Shown one piece after another: positions 1-11,603 of a stretch of DNA of 64,000 nt. Each line of letters begins with the position of its first letter. Positions within the stretch are counted from its first letter, which is position 1. Under the pieces are notes generated by a model. That model saw nothing but the letters and a program-made list of their open reading frames with translations. It was not told where the DNA came from and did no database searches. The stretch is from Eledone cirrhosa. Taxonomy: Eukaryota. The DNA is taken from assembly GCA_964016885.1 (NCBI GenBank), contig OZ024744.1:15872001-15936000 (forward strand), written 5' to 3'. Made by a program: the position numbers and the translations under genes.

Positions 1-80
1 ACCACCTCAATTATTATAATCACCACCACCACCACGTGATGTAAAGCTCTTTTTCAATGTATCTATCTATCTATCTATCA

Positions 81-1236
81 CCCCTCGAAATAAAAGAGAC
101 GGTTCGAAGGACGGTGACCTTCAGGACTGTCTCAAACACAACAAGAAAGCCAGTATTTGTGAGTCAAGGAGACATAGAAGCCACCTTGAAGAAGACTCTA
201 GAAAATATTGACTTTCTTCAACGATTTCTGTACTGTTTAAAAGCGAGGCACTCGCCCAAAAAGATTCTGTGGCACCAATGGTGTCAAAAGCATTCACCTT
301 TTTCCCTACGTACATGGGAAAAAGGACACAAAAAAAAAATATATACCACCAAACATTAACATCTGGTAGATCTTGGCTGGCTTCGTGGAGTCAGAGACTG
401 ATGCTATTCTTTCGATACGGAAGTCTATTAGACAAAGGTGGGCGGGTACTGATTTGGAGATTCTGATGCAGATGAGCTCGGAGAGTATCTCCAAAATACC
501 CGAAAAAGTCGTCATCGACGACAACAACAAAATAAACATTTCGGAGGAGGGGCGTAAACCTCATTGCTTTCGCTGTGGTAGCACAGCACACCTAAAAGCC
601 TCCTTTCCTTCACAAATACACCACAACAACATCATTAAAAAAAACACTATTACCAACACCAACACCAAAACAACCACAACCAAAAGTACAACAACAAACG
701 AAACGAGCAAACACACGAAAACAAACAGACACTCAACCAACAACAACAGAAAAAACACAGACAACACCTCTTAAGAACAAAACCACACACCATCCCACTC
801 CATCAAACATTACCACAAACGCACACACTGAAACACCATCACCACACAACATTCCCATACCCCACACTCCTGACGAGGATCAATCATCGACGGATGAGGC
901 TGCTTCTCCTTCTTTAAGTGAAGAAGAAGAAGAACCTCAGAAATCAAAAAAAAAAAGAGACACTGCAAAACCCCCAAAACTCCAATCACCAGAACCAACA
1001 TACAACCACAGACACAAACAACAACACAACCAAAACAAAAACAACAATATACATACATCAACACCAACAATAAAAATTTAATGGAGATCATCTTCCAGGA
1101 CCCCAAAGTGGAAACTGAGGGGAAAACATTTGTAAAATATGACACTGCACCACACCTCAAACTCATAAGGGTTCCGGTAGAAACCTACAAAAAATTAAAG
1201 AACAAATTTTCACAGGACGTTGGCAACCCATGCTAA
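81..1236 (+). pseudogene. LINE ORF1 (gag-like) remnant
   Basis: Frameshifted pieces (57-359, 373-774, 1081-1236). EEGRKPHCFRCGSTAHLKASF is CX2CX4HX4C with the last Cys lost, followed by a Thr/Asn/Lys-rich low-complexity region; TAA at 1234-1236. Confidence 0.7.
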
Positions 1237-1386
1237 AAACCAATAAACCGTGTCCTATTGAAATATTTCCCCACCCCACTCAACACCCCACCAAAACTGA
1301 AATGGAGATCGAACAACCCGATCTCCAGTAGACGGAAAAGTAAGTGCATCCTTTCCTCCTTGTTTTGCCAACTCTTCTACACCAAC

Positions 1387-4349
1387 ATGGCTGATCTACG
1401 AGTTGGAAGTGTGAATGTGCGTGGACTAAGGATGCCCTGGAAACAGGGCAAACTCTTAAATGACCTTAGGTCACACGATATGGATGTGATAGCCATCACC
1501 GAGTCCAGGATCCACAACAGACAGCAGCTGACGCCCATCTTCAACGACTTTGAGATCTACGCATCTCTCTGTCAGCCAGGAGGTGGAGGGGGAGTAGTTG
1601 TCATGTTTCGGAAAAACCTGGACATCGAAATACAGCAAGTACACTTGGACCCGGAGGGTAGACTGGTAGTCCTAGACGTGAACAGTGTTGGAGGTGGAGC
1701 CTTCAGACTGGTGGCCGTTTATGCCCCGACTGGGCAACGCGGCCAGACTTCTTCAAGAGTCTTTTCTGGGAACGCCTCACTCCTTGCTTTGAGTGGGGGA
1801 CTGGAATGGTATCCTAGATGTAAGATGGGACTATGAGGATTATGTTCCAGTAGAAAGGGGTGCAACAGCCTCAAAACTTTAATCGACCAATTCCAACTGG
1901 CCGATAGGTATCGACTGGATTTCCCGACTGCACCACAGTGGACGTGGGCAAACCGCAGCGGGACATCTATATCGTATTTAGATAGGGTCTTCATTAGAGA
2001 AAAGGACAGGGAGATGTTAAGCTGTCCACGAATGTACATGGTTGCATATTCAGATCACAAATTAGTCGTCTGCATAGTCAACTGTGATAGAACACATAGA
2101 CAGGCACCCGGATACTGGAAGCTGAACGTGTCGTTGCCGGCACGTAAAGCTTACAGTGAACGGATAAGTAGACTAGTCAAGCAACAGTTAAGGGGAGCCA
2201 TCGTCAACAATAGATGGTGGTACTCTCTCAAGAAAGCAATTGAAGTAGAATCGATAGGGTTTAGCAGAGAGTTAGATACGGGACGCTCTGGGCTGCTGCG
2301 GGAAACGCAAGTCACCCGGTCTAGATGGTCTACCCTATGAGTTTTACATAGGCATGCCGGACTTGTTCTCTGGCGTCCTCGAAGCCGTCTACTGCAATTG
2401 GCAGCAGAACGGGAGAATTCCCAGTTATGCAGGCAAGGGCGTAGTAACGCTGATCAGGAAAGACGAGAACAAGAGGGACGAAATTAACAACTTCAGGCCC
2501 ATAACTCTGCTCAACACAGAGTTAAAGATTTTGTCCAAGGTGCTAGCGACGAGGTTGGCGCTTGTCGTCAAGAACCTGGTAGAGAAAGCGCAAACGTGTG
2601 CAATCCCGACCAGACCATACACGACAACCTCCACCTCATGCGATACATCATAGAGAGGGTAGGTAGTAAACCCGGCTTCGGAGGGGCTCTGATCAACTTG
2701 GATCAGTTTAAGGCATTCGATAGGGTCGACAATCGATACTTGGAAGCAATCCTCAAGGCGGCCGTTTTCGGTCCCGTTTTCAGAGGCTGGATCGAGGTGA
2801 TGCACACCAGCATCTGCTCGAGGTTCAAGGTGAACGGCTACCGTCCGGAGCCGTTCGCAATCATGCGTTCCATTCGACAGGGATGCCCTCTCTCCTCCAT
2901 TCTGTATGTATTGACTCTAGAGCCACTACTGCGGAAATTGAAGCTACTACAGGGCACCCCTCTAGAACCGGGACTGCGTAAAGTGGCGTCGGCTTATGCC
3001 GACGACGTGGCGGTAATGGTGTCGATCACCTCGGAAATCGGCAACTTACTGAAAGAATACGAAATGCTGACGGGAGCAAAACTAAACCCGGACAAGTCTG
3101 TCGGTTTGCAACTCGGTACGTGGAGAGGCAAACCGATGACGTCCGACAGCGTCGTTGGACGCTGGACGGACGGACCGGTGAAATTGCTCGGGATCTGGTT
3201 CGGTTCAGACCTCCGGGTGGAGAAAAACTGGAACGAGCTCACGGCCTAGGTGTTTGCCCTCACCCAGAAGTGGGCAGAGTGCAAACTGTCCTTGAAAGGT
3301 CGAGCGGAGGTGGCGAACTCTTTCATAGCGTCCGTCATCAACTACCGCTTGACTGTCGTGCCTCGTCACTCGCCAAGATGGAACGTATGCTATTCCAGTT
3401 TCTGTGGAAGAAGCAGGTTCAACTGGTGAGGAGATCCGTTGCTGTCAGCACCCTTCCAACGGAGGGCTGAGAATGCCGTGGCGGTTGATGCGCAAACATG
3501 CGCTGAGGCTGCGGCATCTCCAGGTATTTCTCACCGACCCCTAACCGGTGCGGGCACCGTTTGTGAGACAGGCTTTCCCGGAGCTCGTCTCGCTGACGGA
3601 GCAGCAGTCCTGAGTCAAGAAAAGACCGAAAACGATGGGCGCCTGGCACATTCAATGCGCTCAGGCGCTCACAGTCCTCTGGCAAGCGGGCACAGCAATC
3701 GGAGGAGACTCCACTTCGATATCTATAGAGGGATTTACGTTACAAGGGCGACGACGTGCTCGGAGAGACTCTGGGCGACGAAGACGATGAGTTCACCAGT
3801 CTGTTTGGTAGGACTTTCCGCTATGTACCTATGGACAACTTCCAGAGGTCCCTGGCCTGGCTGTGCTACCGAGGAGCTCTACCAGTTCGTGACAAGATCT
3901 ACAGGCACGGCAAGGATCCTTCCAAGAAGACGTGTCCAAGATGCGCGCAGGACATTGAAACCACGCTGCACGCAATTGTACACTGCCCGGGCGTAACCGA
4001 CCTGTGGAAATATGCAGAACAACTGCTGTTGCGTATGGGACAAATCCAGTTGACTGCCGAGTCCATAGTAAGGATCAAACCGCCAGCCGCTTTAAAAAAC
4101 GAAAGAGAGGCGGTTTTACTCTGTATAGTGGCTATGGTGAAAGAAGTTGTATGGTGGACGGGATTGAGAGGACTGAGGACAGATGCCTTTCTCTCTGGAC
4201 AACAACTCATTCCCTTCTTTAAGTATCACTTTAGAAGAAGAATCAGAATGGAGAGAGAGGCACTGCACCCCAGTAAATTTACTGAAAGGTGGGTGAATGA
4301 AGCGAAAATGGCCCAAGTGATTGGGCCTTCTCTGTATATAAACCTGTAG
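1387..4349 (+). pseudogene. LINE ORF2: APE endonuclease - reverse transcriptase - C-terminal zinc finger, disrupted
   Basis: ATG 1387 MADLRVGSVNVRGL, AITE, VAVYAP, GDWNGILD, YLDRVF, SDHKLV (endonuclease); KSPGLDGLPYEFY, NFRPITLLN, DQFKAFDRV, RQGCPLS, YADD at 2995-3006 (RT); CPRCAQDIETTLHAIVHC; TAG 4347-4349; multiple frameshifts. Confidence 0.92.
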
Positions 4350-4600
4350 GTTGAGGAAGAGAGCAAAAGGAAGAAAGGAACACTTGCACAACACGCTCCT
4401 GAAGTTGAGGGTTGTTCTATCGACGGAGTATTAAACAACCCATTTGTGACGTCTCCCCGCTATTGGGGATTTCGATTGTTGTATTGTTTATTTTATATTT
4501 TTTTACACGACTGTATGTAAAATCCCCGGCATGTCTTTGTATTGTCCCCTTTTCTTGTGCGCCCTTGTGGCTAATAAAGAAATATAGCTACCTATCTATT

Positions 4601-4720
<120 letters not shown>

Positions 4721-4734
4721 TAAAATAACATTAA

Positions 4735-4785
4735 AGTTTAAGCAAAGAATCGCTGCTTTCACCCTTAACGGGATCTTCTGAAACT
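4735..4785 (-). ncRNA. Inverted copy of the variant hammerhead-like fold
   Basis: Reverse complement of 5205-5255. Confidence 0.5.
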
Positions 4786-5204
4786 AACAAAGTCAATCTG
4801 TAAACGCAGAACTGGATATTTCAAAAACCGTTGCAACCGGAGGAAGACAGGAAGACGATACTTTGGTTCGTGGTAACGTTCGCTGGCAAAGAACGGGAAA
4901 AAACGAATAATACGTCATTACGCTCCACATATGACTTATTATCTTCGTTTTTTCGTTCATTGCCAGAGAACGTCTCTATGCACCACCTAAGAGAACATTA
5001 GTCTACGACCTCTTTTATACCATAAACGTGGTTTTGTCTTTGCGCGTAATTGTTTTTCACCGCTCCTATTAATGACGTATTATTCGTTTTTTCCCGTTCT
5101 TAGCCAGCGAACGTTTCCACGAACCAAAGTATCGTCTTCCTGTCTTCTTCCGGTTGCAACGGTTTTTGAAATATCCAGTTCTGCGTTTACAGATTGACTT
5201 TGTT

Positions 5205-5255
5205 AGTTTCAGAAGATCCCGTTAAGGGTGAAAGCAGCGATTCTTTGCTTAAACT
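5205..5255 (+). ncRNA. Type I hammerhead-like fold with variant core (CAGAAGA)
   Basis: Stem I AGTTT/AAACT; CAGAAGA; stem II CCC-GTTAA-GGG closed by T.T; GAA; stem III AGCA/TGCT; triplet CUU. U4 replaced by A. Confidence 0.5.
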
Positions 5256-5361
5256 TTAATCTGTTATTTTAATAAATATTTGCTCTACGGTTCTTATATA
5301 TTTGATATATATTTTCCTTATCGAGCCCTCTTTGGATTTTAGTCTTCAATTTTATTATTAT

Positions 5362-5402
<41 letters not shown>

Positions 5403-5509
5403 TACCTCACCCTGTGTTTCTATCTATCTTTCTCTACTCATCATTGTCAATCACACCACGCGTCTCCCTAGCCAAACACACAGAATGTACACACCCACAC
5501 ACATATACG

Positions 5510-5850
5510 CCACTACCACCACCACCACCACCACCACCACCACCACCACCACAACACCACCACCACCAACACCACCATTAACACCACTACTAACACCACC
5601 ACCATCACCAACACCACGACCACCACCACCACCATCACCACCACCTATAACACCACCACTAACACCACCACCAACACCACCACCACCACTACCACCAACA
5701 CCACCATTAACAGCACCACTAACAGCACCACCATCACCAATACCACGACCACGACGACCACGACGACGACGACCACCACCACCACCATTAACACCACCAC
5801 TAACACCACCACCAACACCACCACCACCACAAACAACAACAACAACAAAA
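5510..5850. repeat. Degenerate (ACC)n/(AAC)n low-complexity tract
   Basis: Direct reading. Confidence 0.9.
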
Positions 5851-5858
5851 CCCCCCTA

Positions 5859-8110
5859 TGGTGATGGTGGTGTGGTAGTGTGGTGGTGTGGTAGTGTGGT
5901 GGTGTAGTGGTGTGGTGGTGTGGTGTTGTGGTGGTGTGGTAGTGTGGTGGTGTGGTGGTGTGGTAGTGTGGTAGTGTGGTGGTGTGGTAGTGTGGTGGTG
6001 TGGTGGTGTGGTGGTGTGGTGGTGTGGTGGTGTGGTAGTGTGGTGTTGGTGTGGTAGTGTGGTGGTGTGGTAGTGTGGTAGTGTTGTGGTGTGGTGGTGT
6101 GGCGGTGTGGTGGTGTGGTAGTGTGGTGGTGTGGTGGTGTGGTAGTGTGGTAGTGTTGTGGTGTGGTGGTGTGGCGGATTGGTGGTGTGGTAGTGTGGTG
6201 GTGTGGTGGTGTGGTGGTGTGGTGGTGTGGTGGTGTGGTAGTGTGGTGGTGTGGTAGTGTGGTAGTGTGGTGGTGTGGTGGTGTGGTAGTGTGGTAGTGT
6301 GGTGGTGTGGTGGTGTGGTAGTGTGGTGGTGTGGTAGTGTGGTGGTGTGGTAGTGTGGTAGTGTGGTGGTGTGGTGGTGTGGTAGTGTGGTAGTGTGGTA
6401 GTGTGGTGGTGTGGTGGTGTGGTAGTGCGTTGGTGTGGTAGTGTGGTGGTGTGGTAGTGTGGTGGTGTGGTAGTGTGGTAGTGTGGTAGTGTGGTGGTGT
6501 GGTAGTGTGGTAGTGTGGTGGTGTGGCGGTGTGGTAGTGTGGTGGTGTGGTAGTGTGGTAGTGTGGTGGTGTGGTAGTGTGGTGGTGTGGTAGTGTGGTA
6601 GTGGGGTAGTGTGGTTGTGTGGTGGTGTGGTAGTGTGGTGGTGTGGTAGTGTGGTAGTGTGGTGGTGTGGTAGTGTGGTGGTGTGGTGTTGTGGTGGTGT
6701 GGTAGTGTGGTGGTGTGGTGGTGTGGTAGTGTGGTAGTGTGGTGGTGTGGTAGTGTGGTGGTGTGGTGGTGTGGTGGTGTGGTGGTGTGGTGGTGTGGTA
6801 GTGTGGTGTTGGTGTGGTAGTGTGGTGGTGTGGTAGTGTGGTAGTGTTGTGGTGTGGTGGTGTGGCGGTGTGGTGGTGTGGTAGTGTGGTGGTGTGGTGG
6901 TGTGGTAGTGTGGTAGTGTTGTGGTGTGGTGGTGTGGCGGATTGGTGGTGTGGTAGTGTGGTGGTGTGGTGGTGTGGTGGTGTGGTGGTGTGGTGGTGTG
7001 GTAGTGTGGTGGTGTGGTAGTGTGGTAGTGTGGTGGTGTGGTGGTGTGGTAGTGTGGTAGTGTGGTGGTGTGGTGGTGTGGTAGTGTGGTGGTGTGGTAG
7101 TGTGGTGGTGTGGTAGTGTGGTAGTGTGGTGGTGTGGTGGTGTGGTGGTGTGGTAGTGTGGTAGTGTGGTGGTGTGGTGGTGTGGTAGTGCGTTGGTGTG
7201 GTAGTGTGGTGGTGTGGTAGTGTGGTGGTGTGGTAGTGTGGTAGTGTGGTAGTGTGGTGGTGTGGTAGTGTGGTAGTGTGGTGGTGTGGCGGTGTGGTAG
7301 TGTGGTGGTGTGGTAGTGTGGTAGTGTGGTGGTGTGGTAGTGTGGTGGTGTGGTAGTGTGGTAGTGGGGTAGTGTGGTTGTGTGGTGGTGTGGTAGTGTG
7401 GTGGTGTGGTAGTGTGGTAGTGTGGTGGTTTGGTAGTGTGGTGGTGTGGTAGTGTGGTAGTGGGGTAGTGTGGTGGTGTGGTGGTGTGGTAGTGTGGTGG
7501 TGTGGTAGTGTGGTAGTGTGGTGGTGTGGTGGTGTGCTGGTGGTGTGGTAGTGTGGTGGAGTGGTAGCGTGGTGGTGTGGTGGTGTGGTGGTGTGGTGGT
7601 GTGGTGGTGTGGTAGTGTGGTGGTGTGGTGGTGTGGTGGTGTGGTGGTGTGGTAGTGTGGTAGTGTGATAGTGTGGTGGTGTAGTGGTGTGGTAGTGTGG
7701 TGGAGTGGTGGTGTGGTGGTGGTGTGATGGTGATGTGGTGATGCGGTGGTGTGGTGGTGTGGTAGTGTGGTGGTGTGGTAGTGTGGTGGTGTGGTAGTGT
7801 GGTAGTGTGGTGGTGTGGTAGTGTGTTAGTGTGGTAGTGTGGTAGTGTGGTGGTGTGGTAGTGTGGTAGTGTGGTGGTGTGGTAGTGTGGTGGTGTGGTA
7901 GTGGTTTGGTGGTGATGTTGTGATGCGGTGGTGTGGTGGTGTGGTGGTGGCGTGGTGGTGTGGAGGTAGTGTGGTAGTGTGGTAGTGTGGTGGTGTGGTG
8001 GTGTGGTGGTGTGTTGGTGATGTGCTGATACGGTGGTGTGGTGGTGGCGTGGTGGTATGGTGTTGTGGTGGTATGGTGGTGGATTTGGGATAGTGATGTG
8101 ATGTGGTGAT
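5859..8110. repeat. GT-rich 8-bp tandem array (GTGGTAGT/GTGGTGGT) with ~763-bp higher-order duplication
   Basis: Rare variants recur 763 bp apart (identical ORFs at 6051 and 6814; GTGCGTTGG at ~6425 and ~7187); array degenerates after ~7500. Confidence 0.93.
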
Positions 8111-8114
8111 GATG

Positions 8115-8880
8115 ATCGGAGATCACCTGACGAGTTAAGTAACACCAGGTCGTCTGCAAATTCCACTCGACTGATTTTACACCCGCCAGTCATACTATCA
8201 CTTCCAACCCGGCTGCGCATGTCAATCCTGTACATGTAAATAAGAACAGAAGAGGTGCCAGTACGCACCCTTTTTGGAGTCCATCTCCCACATTGAATGG
8301 TTTCGACTTGGCACCATTTTTTCGAACACAAATATTAGAGCAACATGAAGCTAAACCTCAATCCCATACTCCTGCAGAACCTTCCACAAGAATCCCCTTG
8401 GAACGCAGTCGTCTACCTTCTCAATGTCTACAAAACAAGAATATACCCCTTGGCAATACTCCTACGATTTCTCGAAGACCTGTCACAGTGTGAATATTAG
8501 GTCGGCTGTACTGTGTCCGACGAAAAATTCACACTGTTCATTAGCTAGCTTGAACTCGACAATCTCCCTACACCTCTTTATCAAACACTTACAATAGACT
8601 TTACCAGGGAGGCTTAACAAGGAGATCCCTCTATAATTAGAGTGATCTTTCTTGTATCCCTCTATGAAAATTGGGATTATCACTCCCGATTGCCATTGCT
8701 TAGGTGCCTTTTAGAGATCCAGGCCTTCCAGTTCATACCAATCAGCCAGAAAATACATTATTTAAGGCTTTTAACATCTTGGACCGTATTTTATCCTCCC
8801 TGTTGCAACATTTCTTGACTGCTTGTACCACACATGCGAGGAGGAAGACTTATTTCCCAGCCAAGCTTTGTAAGCCCCCT
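8115..8880 (-). mobile_element. RTE-clade LINE RT fragment, decayed
   Basis: NYRGISLLSLPGKVYCKCL...EQCEF...STADLIFTL (8483-8683) and KISRVEFADDLVLL (~8135-8180) on the minus strand. Confidence 0.85.
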
Positions 8881-8894
8881 TCCTCGCTTGGATG

Positions 8895-9285
8895 GCGTCT
8901 TTAACCTCTCTATTATGAACAATATCTTCCCGCACAAACATATTCATAAGTATATATGGTATAAGGCAAATGGGGGACAGAGGTCAGTAATTGATTTTGT
9001 TATTGTCTTTGATCTCTTCGATTCTGCGCTGGATATTCATGTTAAGAGAGGTGCTGAGCTGCAACGTTAGATGTAGTTAAGACTGGGTCATATATCCTGA
9101 TGGGAGACTTCAATGTACATGTTGGCACTGACAACCTGGCATGGAAAGGAGTGGATGGAAGGAATGGCGATCTCGATCTAAATACAAATGGAGAGGCTTT
9201 CAAGCCAAAGAAACCCCAAAAAACTGGCAGGTCCAGAGCGACTTACAGGATAAAGAGGGAAGTATTGGTTCATAAGAAAGTCAGG
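8895..9285 (+). mobile_element. RTE-clade LINE endonuclease fragments, rearranged
   Basis: LSIMNNIFPHKHIHKYIWY...SVIDFVIV...VKRGAEL and ILMGDFNVHVGTD...GRNG...NTNG; 9200-9285 resembles 12590-12672. Confidence 0.8.
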
Positions 9286-9360
9286 AGAGATGCTGTGCTG
9301 AATAGGACCCGTCCCACCGTTTGCAAGCAGGGAAAAGCGGACGTAAAATGATGATGATGA
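9284..9360 (+). mobile_element. Ultra-short 3' end of an RTE LINE with (ATG)n tail
   Basis: GGAGAGATGCTGTGCTGAATAGG...TTGCAAGCAGGGAAAAGCGGAC...AAAATGATGATGATG matches the reverse complement of 11311-11391. Confidence 0.8.
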
Positions 9361-9940
<580 letters not shown>

Positions 9941-9985
9941 CGTAAAATATGAAAATTATAAAATTAACTTACTTACTAAAATATC

Positions 9986-10067
9986 ACTTCCAACTAATTA
10001 GTTTCTGGAATGGAATAAATATATTTTCCGAAGAAGATTCAGAGAAGCATTCCGTCGTCAGGGAGGT
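9986..10067 (-). ncRNA. Type I hammerhead ribozyme motif (Penelope-like, palindromic stem III)
   Basis: Minus strand: ACCTCC-CTGACGA-C-GGAATG...CATTCC-A-GAAA-CTAATTAG-T-T-GGAAGT; stem I 5/6 pairs, stem II 6 bp, triplet GUU; ~50 bp from a (TA)n tract. Confidence 0.7.
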
Positions 10068-10225
10068 CTATTCTCATCAAAGTATCCAGGCAAAGCGTGG
10101 ATACTGGAAACTTATTAAAAAATAATTCAGTGGATAGGAAATAGCAAAGCGTGGACTGAATTCCTAGCCATTGAGAAAATCACTGCCTCTGCGTCGGTGG
10201 CAAATTCAAAAAGAATCAATCAATC

Positions 10226-10232
10226 ATATATA

Positions 10233-10325
<93 letters not shown>

Positions 10326-10328
10326 ATG

Positions 10329-10393
<65 letters not shown>

Positions 10394-10490
10394 AATCTCC
10401 AAAATTAAGATAGATCAAATGAATTTAATCTAAATCAAAATTATGGGTGTCATGCCAGAAAGACATATATATATATATATATATATATAT
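10226..10490. repeat. (TA)n/(TG)n microsatellites
   Basis: Direct reading; unique spacer ~10390-10465. Confidence 0.9.
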
Positions 10491-10948
10491 AAACGATGAG
10501 TTATATGCTTTGCTGATGAATATTCAACGAAGATAAATTTATAACAGATATGAAGCACTCAATATGTATATCCTGAGTATTATAATATTAATATTAAAAA
10601 TATCAATAAATGGAAAATATCTTTAAAACAACATTTATTTCTATGCTTTGGGAGGGTGATGTTGCTAATAAGAAACACACGCACCCCTTTCTTTCACTCT
10701 AATTTATTATAAATTAAATTTATAAATTTCCGGTTGGTTAGTTGGTTCCATAACCGGACGGTTGTTCATATATTGTCAAATTCTTTCGTCACACATTATG
10801 TGACCTCTTCAGTGACTGGGGATTCTTTTCTTTGTTTTGTGCCGCTCTTTTGTTCTGTCCTACGCCATCTTGTTTTTGTGTGTTATTTCATTATACATAT
10901 TTCAAGGATACTAGATTAAAGTATACTTTCTTCATATAAAATATAATT

Positions 10949-11047
10949 GTTTCCACTTTAGGCACAAGGCCAGAAATTATCCAGCGCATTACTGGTACTT
11001 TATTTTATCGACCCCGTAAGGATGAAAGGCAAAGTCAACCTCGGCGG
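10949..11047 (-). mobile_element. SINE fragment (MetaSINE-like central domain, octopus-type), lacking tRNA head
   Basis: ACTGGTACTTTATTTTATCGACCCCGTAAGGATGAAAGGCAAAGTCAACCTCGGCGG plus TAGGCACAAGGCC, recalled as the abundant octopus SINE (not database-checked). Confidence 0.75.
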
Positions 11048-11165
11048 TAATATTTGGTGTTAAGATACCCAGGCGTGACCTTACAACGAAAGGCAACAAT
11101 GGTCAGTTATTGTTGGCTTTCATTGTAGGGTCACACTCTAGTTATGTCAATATCTTAACACCATA

Positions 11166-11221
11166 TTTTATCTGAAGAAAGCATACTTTAATCTGGTATC
11201 TTTGAAATATGTATATTGAAA
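11166..11221 (+). ncRNA. Degenerate type I hammerhead ribozyme motif
   Basis: TTTTAT-CTGAAGA-AAGCATAC-TTTAATCTG-GTATCTTT-GAAA-T-ATGT-A-T-A-TTGAAA; the inverted copy (10886-10941) restores stem I (ATGAAA) but has lost C3. Confidence 0.6.
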
Positions 11222-11260
11222 TAAATTTGTTGTTATAAAGATATTTTTCATTTATTAATA

Positions 11261-11310
<50 letters not shown>

Positions 11311-11312
<2 letters not shown>

Positions 11313-11603
11313 TCATCATCATCATCATTTTAAGTCCGCTTTTCCCTGCTTGCAAGGGTTCGACGGACCCTATTCAGCACAGCATCTCTCCATTTGTCAC
11401 GGTCCTTGGTCATCTCCTCGGTGAGTTTCAGCTATCTGAGTTCTGCTCTCACCACCTCCGCCCATGTTTTACGTGGTCTTCCCCTTCTGCGGCTTCCTTC
11501 TACTCGGATTTCTTGGCACTTCTTTACCCACCGGTCATCCTCCATGAGCATCACATGCCCATACCATCTCAGCCTTCTCTCCTGCACACCACAACTTATC
11601 CCT

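Larger units (their letters stand above)
79..4590 (+). mobile_element. Tx1/L1-clade non-LTR retrotransposon, near full length, decayed (frameshifts, stops, internal deletion)
   Basis: ORF1 remnant with zinc knuckle, then ORF2 with APE endonuclease, RT and C-terminal CCHC in L1/Tx1 order; 3' UTR with AATAAA at 4573-4578; (CTAT)-type repeats on both flanks. Confidence 0.9.
10883..11265. mobile_element. Older foldback Penelope-like element interrupted by a SINE fragment
   Basis: 10883-10944 pairs with 11163-11224; 11049-11067 with 11151-11167; 11075-11100 with 11109-11134; hammerhead motif and AATAAA in the right arm; followed by (TA)n. Confidence 0.7.

Noticed and set aside
57-80. ATG at 57 as the LINE ORF1 start
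   Set aside because: It lies in the flanking sequence and reads through the (TATC)n tract; the element is probably 5'-truncated
5859-8110. Telomere-like TG repeat or telomere fusion
   Set aside because: No TTAGGG-type repeat; interstitial; resemblance to yeast TG1-3 is superficial
5800-8331. 843-aa and 767-aa His/Thr/Pro-rich ORFs
   Set aside because: Translations of the 8-bp GT array in several frames; the N-terminal part of the longer ORF is a decayed RT fragment
10505-10560. CTGATGA motif next to (TA)n
   Set aside because: No convincing stem II or GAAA at suitable spacing
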